A stretch of 64,000 nt of DNA from a bacterium (GTDB taxonomy: Bacteria; Zhuqueibacterota; Zhuqueibacteria; Residuimicrobiales; Krinioviventaceae): assembly GCA_963675755.2 (NCBI GenBank), contig CAXXMD010000003.1:1472001-1536000 (forward strand). The letters run 5' to 3'. Shown one piece after another: positions 9,481 through 18,759 of the stretch. Position 1 is the stretch's first letter, and each line of letters opens with the position of its first letter. A program made the translations under genes and the position numbers. Below the pieces are notes generated by a model. The model had not been told where the DNA came from and made no database searches. It was given only the letters and a program-made list of their open reading frames with translations.

Positions 9481-9512
9481 AAAAGCGTGACAGAAATAAT
9501 TTCTGTCACGCT
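9481..9512 (-). terminator. intrinsic terminator of the peptidase gene
   Basis: AGCGTGACAGAAA-TAA-TTTCTGTCACGCT 13-bp stem; TTTT follows on the minus strand. Confidence 0.7.
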
Positions 9513-9520
9513 CTGCATGT

Positions 9521-11545
9521 TTATATTTGTTGTTTTAGAACCTGTAACGCTTCTTTTGCGGATTCAATGAGAGGTTGTGCGGATAGTGGATTATCTACTG
9601 CCTGTTTCATCCAGGTGTCAGGCGCTACACGACCAATACGGCACATGCGTTCCATTTCAACACCCAGCTGTTTTCCCACAAGATATTGTTCTATCTGATA
9701 CATGATCATATGTCCCAAAGCATAATCCGGGGTGTATAATCCATATGCAACCAGATGTGAATAGATAGCCAGAATTTCACTGTCCTTAACACCAATTAAC
9801 GGAGCAAAATAGTTGTTCCAAACTTCTTTGGCAATATCAATAACTGCCACTTTAAATTCCGCAGGTGATGCCTGAGGATGATCGTACAACCATCGCCATG
9901 CGCGCATATCTACCAGACTCACTGCAGATATCTCACATGTGGACCAGTAGGTATCAAGCGCTTTTAGATATCTGGTAGTGGGATCATTTTGAGCAGCACC
10001 CAACAATTCCAAATCGCGTGACTGGAACACAAAAGCAAATGCTTCTGTAAAAGCGGTATTAGGTACACCAAAAAGCATATACTGATCCATTTTGTTCAAA
10101 GACAATACCTGTTCTACATTGTGACCCAGTTCATGTATTGCAATATTGTATCCCTTGTATTTCATTCCGGTTTCAGGTATGCGTGTTCTTAAATGCGCGT
10201 TATCGTCTTTACGCATAGCTCCGGAAGCATGTCCTGCTCCACGTGAAGGATCAACGGTAATTTTGCTTGCCAGATATTCGGCAGTCTCTTTATTAAAATC
10301 AAGGTTTTGTAGGATATTTGGCAAGTCCTCCTGAAACGCGGCTACAGAAGGATATTTTTCACCAACCATTCTGTCCAACTCGGCCTGATCAATACTGCTT
10401 CTTGCCTTAAATCCATCGTACCAGATATCAAAAGGCTGCAGATCTCTACCCAATCTGGTTTTAATAAACGCTGCTGTTTCTTTAGCAATGGGTGCCGTAA
10501 GAACAGATTGTAATAACGCCTCTACTTTTTCTTCAGGAATTTCACGATAACGATTAAAACGCCGATCAATCTGTGTTGGGTAATTGGGATAATAGGGATC
10601 AGCCTTTTGCTGGGCGTGGAAAACATTTAACCAATGTTGATAACGTGTATCGGGTTCTGGTATTGCTGTTTGTTTGTTACCTTTTTTATATAGAGTATTG
10701 GTAAACGGATTCCAGTCCATAGCATCGCTGTTGATGATCTGTTTAGGAATATCCTGACGGATGATATGCAGCATTACATTGTAAATCATCTCTTGTTTTG
10801 GCAGCCCGTCTTTTTGACCATAATGAGATTTCAACTCGTCTCGTAATCCCCAATGGCTGATCAGTTTCAAACCTGTGGGAAACAAGCGTTCATTTTTATC
10901 ATTCACCAAACTGTTCATAACAATATTATAATTTGCAATATAATCGTCCACCTGAACAGATGCGCTTGCAAGAGACTGGTTAACCTCAGCGGGTACCCGG
11001 GTTTCGGTTAATTCTGCCAGGCGGGCCATGGCCCACTCTTTTCGGTCCCAATGATCACCCTGCTCAAGTTTGGTATTCAGATCCTTTTGTTCAAAATTCA
11101 AAAGTACAACAAACGCCAGTTTGGTTTTAAACAAATCATCTTCTAAATGAGCAAAAGGATCATATTCAGCGAATAGATAATCAACAGGTAATACCTCTCC
11201 TACTTCAAGGGTAATTGGCTTTGACCAATAGCGATTGATTTCATGATTATGCCCCCAGAGTACTTCCATATTGTTCTGAAAACGCTGAAAGGTTTGATCA
11301 AGTTTTTCATTATCAGAAATAAAATTATTTACACAGAATTCTTTAAACGCTTCCGGGGTGCCATCCTGCTCCATCCATAGAACCGCGGTCTGTTGAACAC
11401 CTGTTTCTGCACGCTGCTGTTGATCTGCACCATGTGTTTTTACTATAGCATCAACTGTATTTTGAATTTGGGTTTTGTTCACTATTCCTCCCCATGAGTG
11501 GATAGATAATGACAAGATAAACAGTACGAAAAAAAGACGTTTCAT
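9521..11545 (-). CDS. secreted gluzincin (M3/M32-like) zinc metallopeptidase-like protein
   Basis: Signal peptide; HELGH followed about 25 aa later by FTEAFA (third ligand Glu); H..Y..Y.PDY substrate-site pattern. Confidence 0.7.
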   Translation of the reverse strand: MKRLFFVLFILSLSIHSWGGIVNKTQIQNTVDAIVKTHGADQQQRAETGVQQTAVLWMEQDGTPEAFKEFCVNNFISDNEKLDQTFQRFQNNMEVLWGHNHEINRYWSKPITLEVGEVLPVDYLFAEYDPFAHLEDDLFKTKLAFVVLLNFEQKDLNTKLEQGDHWDRKEWAMARLAELTETRVPAEVNQSLASASVQVDDYIANYNIVMNSLVNDKNERLFPTGLKLISHWGLRDELKSHYGQKDGLPKQEMIYNVMLHIIRQDIPKQIINSDAMDWNPFTNTLYKKGNKQTAIPEPDTRYQHWLNVFHAQQKADPYYPNYPTQIDRRFNRYREIPEEKVEALLQSVLTAPIAKETAAFIKTRLGRDLQPFDIWYDGFKARSSIDQAELDRMVGEKYPSVAAFQEDLPNILQNLDFNKETAEYLASKITVDPSRGAGHASGAMRKDDNAHLRTRIPETGMKYKGYNIAIHELGHNVEQVLSLNKMDQYMLFGVPNTAFTEAFAFVFQSRDLELLGAAQNDPTTRYLKALDTYWSTCEISAVSLVDMRAWRWLYDHPQASPAEFKVAVIDIAKEVWNNYFAPLIGVKDSEILAIYSHLVAYGLYTPDYALGHMIMYQIEQYLVGKQLGVEMERMCRIGRVAPDTWMKQAVDNPLSAQPLIESAKEALQVLKQQI

Positions 11546-11650
11546 TGGACCTCCGTTTTTGCAAAATATATCAACTTTTTACACCACATTCAACAATATT
11601 ACAAAAATAGATATTCAACAGAATTTAATTTAAAACTGTATTCTTTTTGC

Positions 11651-11679
11651 TTGCGAAAATAGTCGCAAACCAATATCTT
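11651..11679 (+). promoter_or_regulatory. sigma70-type promoter with a palindrome over the -35 box, upstream of glpF
   Basis: TTGCGA-N17-TATCTT; TTGCGA-N6-TCGCAA inverted repeat. Confidence 0.4.
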
Positions 11680-11847
11680 GTAAAAATTATTCTAAATTAG
11701 TTAAAATTGTATACCCGTTTAGATTATATTTGTTTCACTGCCTGTATAGAATATTCTAATAATCGTTCCTTCAAAATCGCAATTATTATTCGGATCCATA
11801 TCCAAATATTTCATTCTTAATTAATTTTCAAAAGCGGAGGTCCAGAA

Positions 11848-12555
11848 ATGTCTGCATTTACAGCGGAAATCATCGGTACAGCGATTTTAATTTTATTGGG
11901 TGGTGGTGTTTGTGCCAATGTATTGTTAAACAATACCAAAGGAAACAAGGCCGGTTGGATTGTGGTAACCTTTGGTTGGGGAATGGGAGTTTTTACAGCT
12001 GTTTTTACGGTTTCCTCATTCAGCGGAGCGCACATAAATCCCGCGGTAACAATAGGTTTGGCTGCAGCCGGTAAATTCTCATGGGCACTGGTACCGCAAT
12101 ATATTCTGGCCCAAATGATTGGTGCTATGATTGGTGCTACTCTGGTTTGGATCCATTACCGTCAACATTTTGCAAACACTGAAGAAAAAGAGCTCAAACT
12201 CTATGTATTTGTTACAACGCCTCAATACCGCAACTATTTTGATAATTTTATATCAGAAGTTATTGGAACATTTCTTTTGGTGTTTGCGGTAATTTATATT
12301 GCCGCACCGGATGTTGGCTTGGGTGCTCTCAGTGCGCTTCCGGTTGCTCTGTTGGTTTTTGCAATTGGTTTGTCTTTGGGTGGAACAACAGGATATGCTA
12401 TAAATCCTGCTCGTGATCTGGGCCCCCGTATTATGCATGCCATATTGCCCATACCCAACAAAGCAAAGAGTGACTGGGCATATGCCTGGGTACCTATTGC
12501 AGGTCCTGTTACCGGTGCTTTGCTTGCGGCATTTGCATATAATTTATTGAAATGA
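11848..12555 (+). CDS. glpF: MIP family aquaglyceroporin (GlpF-like)
   Basis: SGAHINPAVT and GYAINPARDLGPR; the NPA-RD motif is characteristic of glycerol facilitators. Confidence 0.9.
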   Translation: MSAFTAEIIGTAILILLGGGVCANVLLNNTKGNKAGWIVVTFGWGMGVFTAVFTVSSFSGAHINPAVTIGLAAAGKFSWALVPQYILAQMIGAMIGATLVWIHYRQHFANTEEKELKLYVFVTTPQYRNYFDNFISEVIGTFLLVFAVIYIAAPDVGLGALSALPVALLVFAIGLSLGGTTGYAINPARDLGPRIMHAILPIPNKAKSDWAYAWVPIAGPVTGALLAAFAYNLLK

Positions 12556-12591
12556 TCTTTTTAAAAAAGTCTAATACTTGATCGAGTTTAT

Positions 12592-12628
12592 AAAAAAAAA
12601 GCCGGATAGTTAATATCCGGCTTTTTTT
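12592..12628. terminator. bidirectional intrinsic terminator
   Basis: A9-GCCGGATA-GTTAA-TATCCGGC-T7 between convergent genes. Confidence 0.85.
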
Positions 12629-12637
12629 ATAACAAAT

Positions 12638-13984
12638 CTATTTTTCAAGAAAAGGCAAGACTTCTCCATCCCTCTCCAGGTTACCTTTATTATAATTGTT
12701 AATAAATATACTTCGTTTGCCTGATCGCATAGGCGGTATTGAATCCACATACTCGATGGTAAAATTTGCTTCTTTACCAAACAGATTTTTATACCGCTGT
12801 AAAAGATGCGCTTCTGTTTCTTTGTTATAGTTTGGTTTGGGTTGCAGCTTTATACGATATCCATCCCGTGTTTCCTGAATAAACTGGTATTGAAAGATTT
12901 TGTCCGGAAGGGTTTCGTCCTTGTCAATCACACCATACAATGCAGAATGGTTGACACTCTCTCCTTTTGGAGTATAAACCGCCTCTACAATTCGCCCGTT
13001 TATAGCTTTTATCTGCATTATCGGAGTATCCGTTTTTTCATACAATTGAGCACTGTCTCCCACTTCAAATCGCACAAGCGGCATAGCATAGGAGAACATA
13101 TCTGTGGCTACAATTCTACCGGATTCTCCGGGCTCTACGGGTTCATCCTTGTCAAATTTCAAAATTTCAATAAAATGTGAAGTAAAATTTACAGAATAAC
13201 TTTCCTGATCTCGGTTTTGATGAGCTATTACACCCAATTCCTGAGATGAATATCGATCCAATACTGTGCAGCCTAAAATCCGTTGTGCACGTTCTTTAAC
13301 AGATAATGTGAGTTTTTCGGCACTGCAAATCACACCTTTTAAATGAAACATGTCAGGTGTGTCACCTTTAGATTCACAATATTGTACGATATATGAAAGA
13401 TTAATAGGATAACATACCAAAAATTTAACTCGGGGATTTTTTAAATTATTTCGCTGTGTTTCAAGCCATTGTTCATCAATTCTGCTGGGATCAATATACA
13501 ACGTGTTATTGAAAAACCGTTGTTTTTTAGGCAGATACTGTGGACGAATATGCCCATAACGCATACCCAGTTTGTATCCCGCCCATCCGTTGAAAAATAA
13601 CAGTTCCGCAACTCGCTTATTGTATTTTTCCCGGGTCATGTAATAGGTAAAAGGAATACCATATGATCCGCTTGTGGTTCGTGTTACCAAGTCATTTTTG
13701 TTATACAAGGAAGAAAAAAGATTATCATAATTGGCTTTGAGTTCATTCTTGGTAATTACCGGAAAATCATGTATAGAATTAAAACCGGAAAATTGATTAT
13801 AAAATTTTGTGGTTGAGCAGGCGTGAGTAAGTAGATTTTCTAATCGTTGTTGATTGATTTTTTCAAAAGACAGCGGATCTTTAAAAGCTTGTTCCATTTC
13901 TGCTAAATGATTATAAACACCTCGCCCTTTGAGTCTATCAATAAACCAAAAAGCATTGCTTCTTAAATCCTCGTCCCATGACAT
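12638..13984 (-). CDS. phenylacetate-CoA ligase-like (CapK family) adenylate-forming enzyme, copy 2
   Basis: TSGSYGIP, RYSSQE, AMPLVRFEVGD, SGKR motifs; collinear with 7044..8387. Confidence 0.85.
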   Translation of the reverse strand: MSWDEDLRSNAFWFIDRLKGRGVYNHLAEMEQAFKDPLSFEKINQQRLENLLTHACSTTKFYNQFSGFNSIHDFPVITKNELKANYDNLFSSLYNKNDLVTRTTSGSYGIPFTYYMTREKYNKRVAELLFFNGWAGYKLGMRYGHIRPQYLPKKQRFFNNTLYIDPSRIDEQWLETQRNNLKNPRVKFLVCYPINLSYIVQYCESKGDTPDMFHLKGVICSAEKLTLSVKERAQRILGCTVLDRYSSQELGVIAHQNRDQESYSVNFTSHFIEILKFDKDEPVEPGESGRIVATDMFSYAMPLVRFEVGDSAQLYEKTDTPIMQIKAINGRIVEAVYTPKGESVNHSALYGVIDKDETLPDKIFQYQFIQETRDGYRIKLQPKPNYNKETEAHLLQRYKNLFGKEANFTIEYVDSIPPMRSGKRSIFINNYNKGNLERDGEVLPFLEK

Positions 13985-14017
13985 TTTTTGCTCCTTAATA
14001 TTCCGGAATAGAGTAAT

Positions 14018-15241
14018 TTATCTATTCGATTCTAATACTTGGACAAACACATCGCCAAGTTTATTTCTCGAAAATTCATTTTCTGCCAATTTTCTTGCAT
14101 TCACACCCATTTTTTTTCTATCATTTGAATTTACAAATTTTTCTACTGTATTTGCAAAATCATTGGCATCATCGGGTTTACAGACCATTCCACACTGATG
14201 TTCCTTGATCATATCCGCAAGCCAACCCGGATAATTGTTTAACACCGGTATTCCACTGGATATATAATCAAAAAATTTGTTGGGTGACGTTCCATAATAA
14301 AATTCAGGTATATTGGCCAGGATCATCATTCCCACATCAAACTGTGGCAGTAATTCAGCAAGATCTGTTTTCACTGTCCTGCCTACCCAGGAAATATAAT
14401 CCGTCAATTCTTCATCTTTTGAACGTTGAATCAATCTTTCTTTTTGGTTTCCGGTACCAATAAAAACAAAATGTGCTCCTTTGAACTGCCGGCGTTTCAA
14501 TTCAGCAATTCCATCCAATACCGCATCAAGTCCATTAGCTCGTCCGTGCGCTCCTGAAAAAACAAATTTCACATCTCCGGGATTACCATAAGGCAATTCC
14601 TTTTTTTGTCCTTCAAGGGGCTTGAATAAATCGAGATCACAACAATTTGGAATTATACTAATTTTCTCTTCCGGATACCCTGTTCTTGCAATTCCTTCTT
14701 TCATCCCCGGAGAAAGCGCAACAATATGTTTCGATGCGTTGTAAATGGAATGTTCCATATTGATCAAATAGCGTCTGGCAAGCGGATTTTTTACCGCTCC
14801 CAGAGCAAAAATCAATTCCGGCCACAGGTCTCTTACTTCAAATACAAATGGTACACCCAATTTTTTTGCCGCTTTTTTAGCCGGTAACCCTACGGTCAAA
14901 GGTGTAGAGGTTGCAAAAATAAGATCGGGTTTACATTCCATAATTTTTTTATAGGTTGCATTCGCAAAACTAAAAAACGCCTTTGCTCTCTGTACAAGAT
15001 TATAATAATTTGATGAAGGTGAATCAATCAACTTGACCGTTATTCCATCAATTTCAACCGTATCTTTACCATCAACAATATTTAGCTGCGTATCAATGTG
15101 ACTGAAATCTTTATGATTTGCCGAAGTGATCATGGTAACTTTGTGACCAGCTTGTATGAGTTTTAGTGCCCATTCATATGATCGCGTTCCCGCACCACCT
15201 GCCGGAGTATGAAAATACTGATGTATATATGCAACGTGCAT
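14018..15241 (-). CDS. glycosyltransferase family 4 (WbuB-like)
   Basis: HQYFHTP..GTRSYE, EVRDLWPE, IPNCCD, SPNKFFDY motifs. Confidence 0.9.
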   Translation of the reverse strand: MHVAYIHQYFHTPAGGAGTRSYEWALKLIQAGHKVTMITSANHKDFSHIDTQLNIVDGKDTVEIDGITVKLIDSPSSNYYNLVQRAKAFFSFANATYKKIMECKPDLIFATSTPLTVGLPAKKAAKKLGVPFVFEVRDLWPELIFALGAVKNPLARRYLINMEHSIYNASKHIVALSPGMKEGIARTGYPEEKISIIPNCCDLDLFKPLEGQKKELPYGNPGDVKFVFSGAHGRANGLDAVLDGIAELKRRQFKGAHFVFIGTGNQKERLIQRSKDEELTDYISWVGRTVKTDLAELLPQFDVGMMILANIPEFYYGTSPNKFFDYISSGIPVLNNYPGWLADMIKEHQCGMVCKPDDANDFANTVEKFVNSNDRKKMGVNARKLAENEFSRNKLGDVFVQVLESNR

Positions 15242-15335
15242 ATTTCCGCCCTGATTTTTTTAATTGTATGAGACCTAGTAAACAACTAAATATAATATAA
15301 AATTTCATAAACTGTATATAAATAAATAATTATTT

Positions 15336-16535
15336 TCATCCTGGATTTTCATACCAAATAACACCTAATCCCTTATCATCCTGTCTTTCTTCACATGTCA
15401 AAACATCCATATCACCATCTTTATCCAGATCAATTAATTCTATACGGTCATATTTTATTCCTTTTGGACCGCTTATCTCATTGGGTATCCATTGATCATC
15501 ACCTTTTTTCAACCACATTACACCCGAGCGATTTTCCTGAGCATGTTCACATGTGAATACCAAATCCATTTGCCCGTCTTTATCAAAATCTGCGGCAGAG
15601 ACTGCTTTTGCAGAACCCGTATTTTCCGGAAACGATATTTTTTGTTCTGCCCAGATATTACTACCCAGGTTCTTGTATATAATAATCTGATCTGGTTTTG
15701 CTGCTGCTAAAATTTCCTTTTGCTTATCATTATCTATATCCACTATATCAATAAACATTACCTCTACATCAGAAGCTCCAATCAAATGATCTCGCCAAAG
15801 GTTTTTCAGTTTTTGTGAATCATTTGGTCTTTCCAACCAGCGAATGCCTCTCCGCTCTCCCCTGCGATCCGATATCAAAATATCCTCATCTCCATCTCCA
15901 TCCATATCCCGGGAGATAATAGACATTACCCATCCAACCGGTGTAATTGGGTGCCATTTATAATCGTCAAGGTTACGCGGATTCTCTGGAGCTTCGAGCC
16001 ACCCAAGTTCTGCATTTTCATTTTTTCCAGCACATATCAAATCAATTCCATTTACATCATCCACTTGCATGGGCATACAAAACATCCATTGCATTCTGTT
16101 TTCAGTAACGGGTATGCTTTTATACTTCCATTTCAAGCTGTCCAGATATTGTTCTTTATTTTTCGGTGCCCAGTGAACATACACGCGTTTATTTTTACCT
16201 TCACAACAGGAAATAACATCTGTATTACCATCAGAATCCAAATCAACAAACACCGCATCTTCTACGGACCCGGTACGCCCTACCTGAACCGATGGCCAGG
16301 GCATTTTTACTTTTTCTTTGCCAGGATTCAAATATACTTTGGTAATTCCTCCTTCTTCCCAGCCCGTCGTAATGTCCATTAATCCATCGCTATTTACATC
16401 ATCTAAACGTACCCCATCTGCTCCTCTTGATTCATTATCAACGATATGACATTGCCAGGCAGTTCCATAAGGATACTTTTTTTCACACGAGAATAATACG
16501 ATGAGAATCAGTAAAAAAAGTATATATTTTTTCAT
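15336..16535 (-). CDS. FG-GAP/VCBS-repeat beta-propeller lipoprotein
   Basis: Lipobox LFS|C; repeated DxDxDGxxD Ca-binding loops (DVNSDGLMD, DLDSDGNTD, DMDGDGDED, DFDKDGQMD, DLDKDGDMD). Confidence 0.85.
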   Translation of the reverse strand: MKKYILFLLILIVLFSCEKKYPYGTAWQCHIVDNESRGADGVRLDDVNSDGLMDITTGWEEGGITKVYLNPGKEKVKMPWPSVQVGRTGSVEDAVFVDLDSDGNTDVISCCEGKNKRVYVHWAPKNKEQYLDSLKWKYKSIPVTENRMQWMFCMPMQVDDVNGIDLICAGKNENAELGWLEAPENPRNLDDYKWHPITPVGWVMSIISRDMDGDGDEDILISDRRGERRGIRWLERPNDSQKLKNLWRDHLIGASDVEVMFIDIVDIDNDKQKEILAAAKPDQIIIYKNLGSNIWAEQKISFPENTGSAKAVSAADFDKDGQMDLVFTCEHAQENRSGVMWLKKGDDQWIPNEISGPKGIKYDRIELIDLDKDGDMDVLTCEERQDDKGLGVIWYENPG

Positions 16536-16691
16536 ATCAACTCCAATTCATAAATCTGACATTTTCTATATTTATTTGTCTAAACAAGAGTTATAAAAAT
16601 ACAAAACTTTTCAATTATATAAACATATAAAATTATGACAAAGGTATGGTAATTATAGGATAGAAATTCTCAAAAATACTGTTTTAATAAA

Positions 16692-17951
16692 CTAGACCAA
16701 ATCTACAATCGAGCCAAAATCCGGATCAAATAATCGTTTATAAAATCGGGCAGCATATCTATCAGTCATACCCGCAATATAATCACAAAGCATTCTAATC
16801 TTTTTTACATTGTCCAATATATCGGCATGAATCACTCTTTCCATATCATCCGGTAGCAAGAGAAATTCTGTTTTTTTCTCAATATAATTATTTAAAAGCG
16901 CTTCAAAAATACGCTCTAACATAAAGTGGCCCTTGTACTCGAGCTGGCTGATTTGTGGAGAATCAAAAACGATATCTTTGGAAATTCTTTTATATACATT
17001 ACACTCTTTTTGAACCGCCGGATCAATCACCAGATCAAATTTATATCTATTGGTTCTATCACTCATAAAACCTTTTTTTTCCTGCAAGTGACAAGCTTTA
17101 ATAAACTCGCCAATTTTCATACCAAAGCGACTTTCAATACTTCCTGAACGGATTATCTCTTTTACACTCTTTACTATTTCTTTTTCATCCGGATCTGACA
17201 GTTGTTGATCATTTTCCCATTTCTCAATTTTTTCAAGGGTAATAAATCCGGTTTTTATACTGTCAACCATATCGTTCAATGAATACGAAGTATCATCAGA
17301 CCAATCCATAATCTGGCATTCTATGCTGCGGAATTTATTTATTCGTGAAACGATCTCTTCGGGAAAGGTTGAATGATCAAAAACAAAATCCAATATCTCC
17401 TGCTGGTCTGTATAAAGAAAATGATTTTTGGGTTTCTTTTTTTCATTAAACAATTCTTTATACTTTAATATACTATCTATAAATGCGCGGGTGGGTTTCA
17501 TACCTTTGCGATGACCATGGCTGGAATATATAGTATCAGTTAAAAAACGCAAAGTTTGTGCGTTTCCTTCAAAACCACCATACGGTCGCATTAGCAAATT
17601 TAATTTGCTTTCTCCCGCATGACCAAATGGCGGATGCCCCAGGTCATGTGCCAGGCATGCTGCTTCTACCAAATCCGCATCTATATAAAAAGTATCATCA
17701 AGATATTGACTGGAATGTTTTAATGAATTACAGATGGATCTACCAATTTGAGCAACCTCGATCGAGTGTGTCAAACGAGTTCTATAAAAATCATATTCTC
17801 CGGAAAAGAAAACCTGGGTTTTAGCCTGCAGCCTTCTAAAAGCAAAACTGTGGATAATTCTGTCACGATCAATTTGAAAAGGGGTACGATAATCAATATC
17901 ACGGTTTTCAAAGGTCTCTATATCAAATTCGTTGTAAAATTTATTATCCAT
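16692..17951 (-). CDS. dgt: deoxyguanosinetriphosphate triphosphohydrolase (HD family)
   Basis: DRDRIIHS.AFRRLQAKTQVF, RTRLTHSIEVAQI, AHDLGHPPFGHAGE, FEGNAQT, DYIAGMTD. Confidence 0.95.
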   Translation of the reverse strand: MDNKFYNEFDIETFENRDIDYRTPFQIDRDRIIHSFAFRRLQAKTQVFFSGEYDFYRTRLTHSIEVAQIGRSICNSLKHSSQYLDDTFYIDADLVEAACLAHDLGHPPFGHAGESKLNLLMRPYGGFEGNAQTLRFLTDTIYSSHGHRKGMKPTRAFIDSILKYKELFNEKKKPKNHFLYTDQQEILDFVFDHSTFPEEIVSRINKFRSIECQIMDWSDDTSYSLNDMVDSIKTGFITLEKIEKWENDQQLSDPDEKEIVKSVKEIIRSGSIESRFGMKIGEFIKACHLQEKKGFMSDRTNRYKFDLVIDPAVQKECNVYKRISKDIVFDSPQISQLEYKGHFMLERIFEALLNNYIEKKTEFLLLPDDMERVIHADILDNVKKIRMLCDYIAGMTDRYAARFYKRLFDPDFGSIVDLV

Positions 17952-18270
17952 AACTATATATTTTTCTTTAATTTAAATTATCTATTAACTTATCAACACT
18001 AAAAATATGGATAACTCTTGATTATCCCCAATAACAAGTGTATAGTATGTGAATTACTCAACAACAACTCACACAGACAAAAAAACTTTTACACATTGGT
18101 TAGTAAAGCAAGAATGATCCACAATCCATTCACATCAAAATGTGAATAAATATTGTATTTTCCAACTATTTTTTAAGGATATACGCCCTGTTTTAAAAGT
18201 TATCAACATATCCACGTTACCTACTATAACTAATCTTTTATAATATATATATATATTATATATAATATGG
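17849..18270. other. putative chromosomal replication origin oriC
   Basis: DnaA boxes: TGTGGATAA 17849, TTATCCATA 17944, TTATCAACA 17990, TATGGATAA 18006, TTATCCCCA 18022, TGATCCACA 18115, TGTGAATAA 18141, TTATCAACA 18200, ATATCCACG 18208. Then trio-like CTACTATAACTAAT 18221-18234 and a pure A/T tract about 18236-18268. Gene orientation flips here and parS sites lie 11 kb away. Confidence 0.85.
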
Positions 18271-18367
18271 AATGATCTTTTTAAAGGAAAGATATGTTTA
18301 AGAAAGGATAGTATATAAATCAAGATATAGAATAAAAAAATATATGTTTTAATCAAGGTATAGATAT

Positions 18368-18397
18368 AAAAAAACCCTATCTAACAGACAGGGTTTA
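18368..18397 (-). terminator. terminator of tRNA-Phe
   Basis: AAACCCTATCT-AAC-AGACAGGGTTT imperfect hairpin with a T run on the minus strand. Confidence 0.6.
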
Positions 18398-18401
18398 AAA
18401 G

Positions 18402-18474
18402 TGGCGCCTCCCAGAATCGAACTGGGGACACAGGGATTTTCAGTCCCTTGCTCTACCGACTGAGCTAAAGCGCC
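18402..18474 (-). tRNA. tRNA-Phe(GAA), CCA not encoded
   Basis: Reverse complement GGCGCTTTAGCTCAGTCGGTAGAGCAAGGGACTGAAAATCCCTGTGTCCCCAGTTCGATTCTGGGAGGCGCCA folds as a cloverleaf with GAA anticodon and GTTCGA T-loop. Confidence 0.97.
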
Positions 18475-18489
18475 ACAAAGACAGACATC

Positions 18490-18517
18490 AAGTTAGCAAA
18501 TTTTTTTAAAAAGTCAA
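18490..18517 (-). promoter_or_regulatory. promoter of tRNA-Phe
   Basis: TTGACT-N16-TAACTT with a TGn extended -10 on the minus strand. Confidence 0.5.
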
Positions 18518-18623
18518 GTAAAAAGATACATATACCCGAAAAAGAATTATTCTTTATTTTTTAACTTGTTATTAAATAGAAATTTAACGACTTGTAATAT
18601 AAGACTGGTCTCTTTTAAATTCC

Positions 18624-18652
18624 TTGCAAAAGATGTAAATTTTGTTTAATTT
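18624..18652 (+). promoter_or_regulatory. promoter of nifJ
   Basis: TTGCAA-N17-TAATTT. Confidence 0.45.
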
Positions 18653-18759
18653 GACCCGTACTAATTGCCTCTATCTCTCTCAGATATTTTTTTAATTAGT
18701 ACCATAATTTAAATATTTATATAATTTTTCAATTGTCTCATGATCTTATGGAGGAAGTA

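Noticed and set aside
18135-18356. 73-aa minus-strand ORF in the ORF track
   Set aside because: Low-complexity I/Y/F translation of the AT-rich origin; no RBS.
18402-18474. tRNA as an integration site for an island
   Set aside because: No integrase or duplicated tRNA 3' end was noticed in the window.
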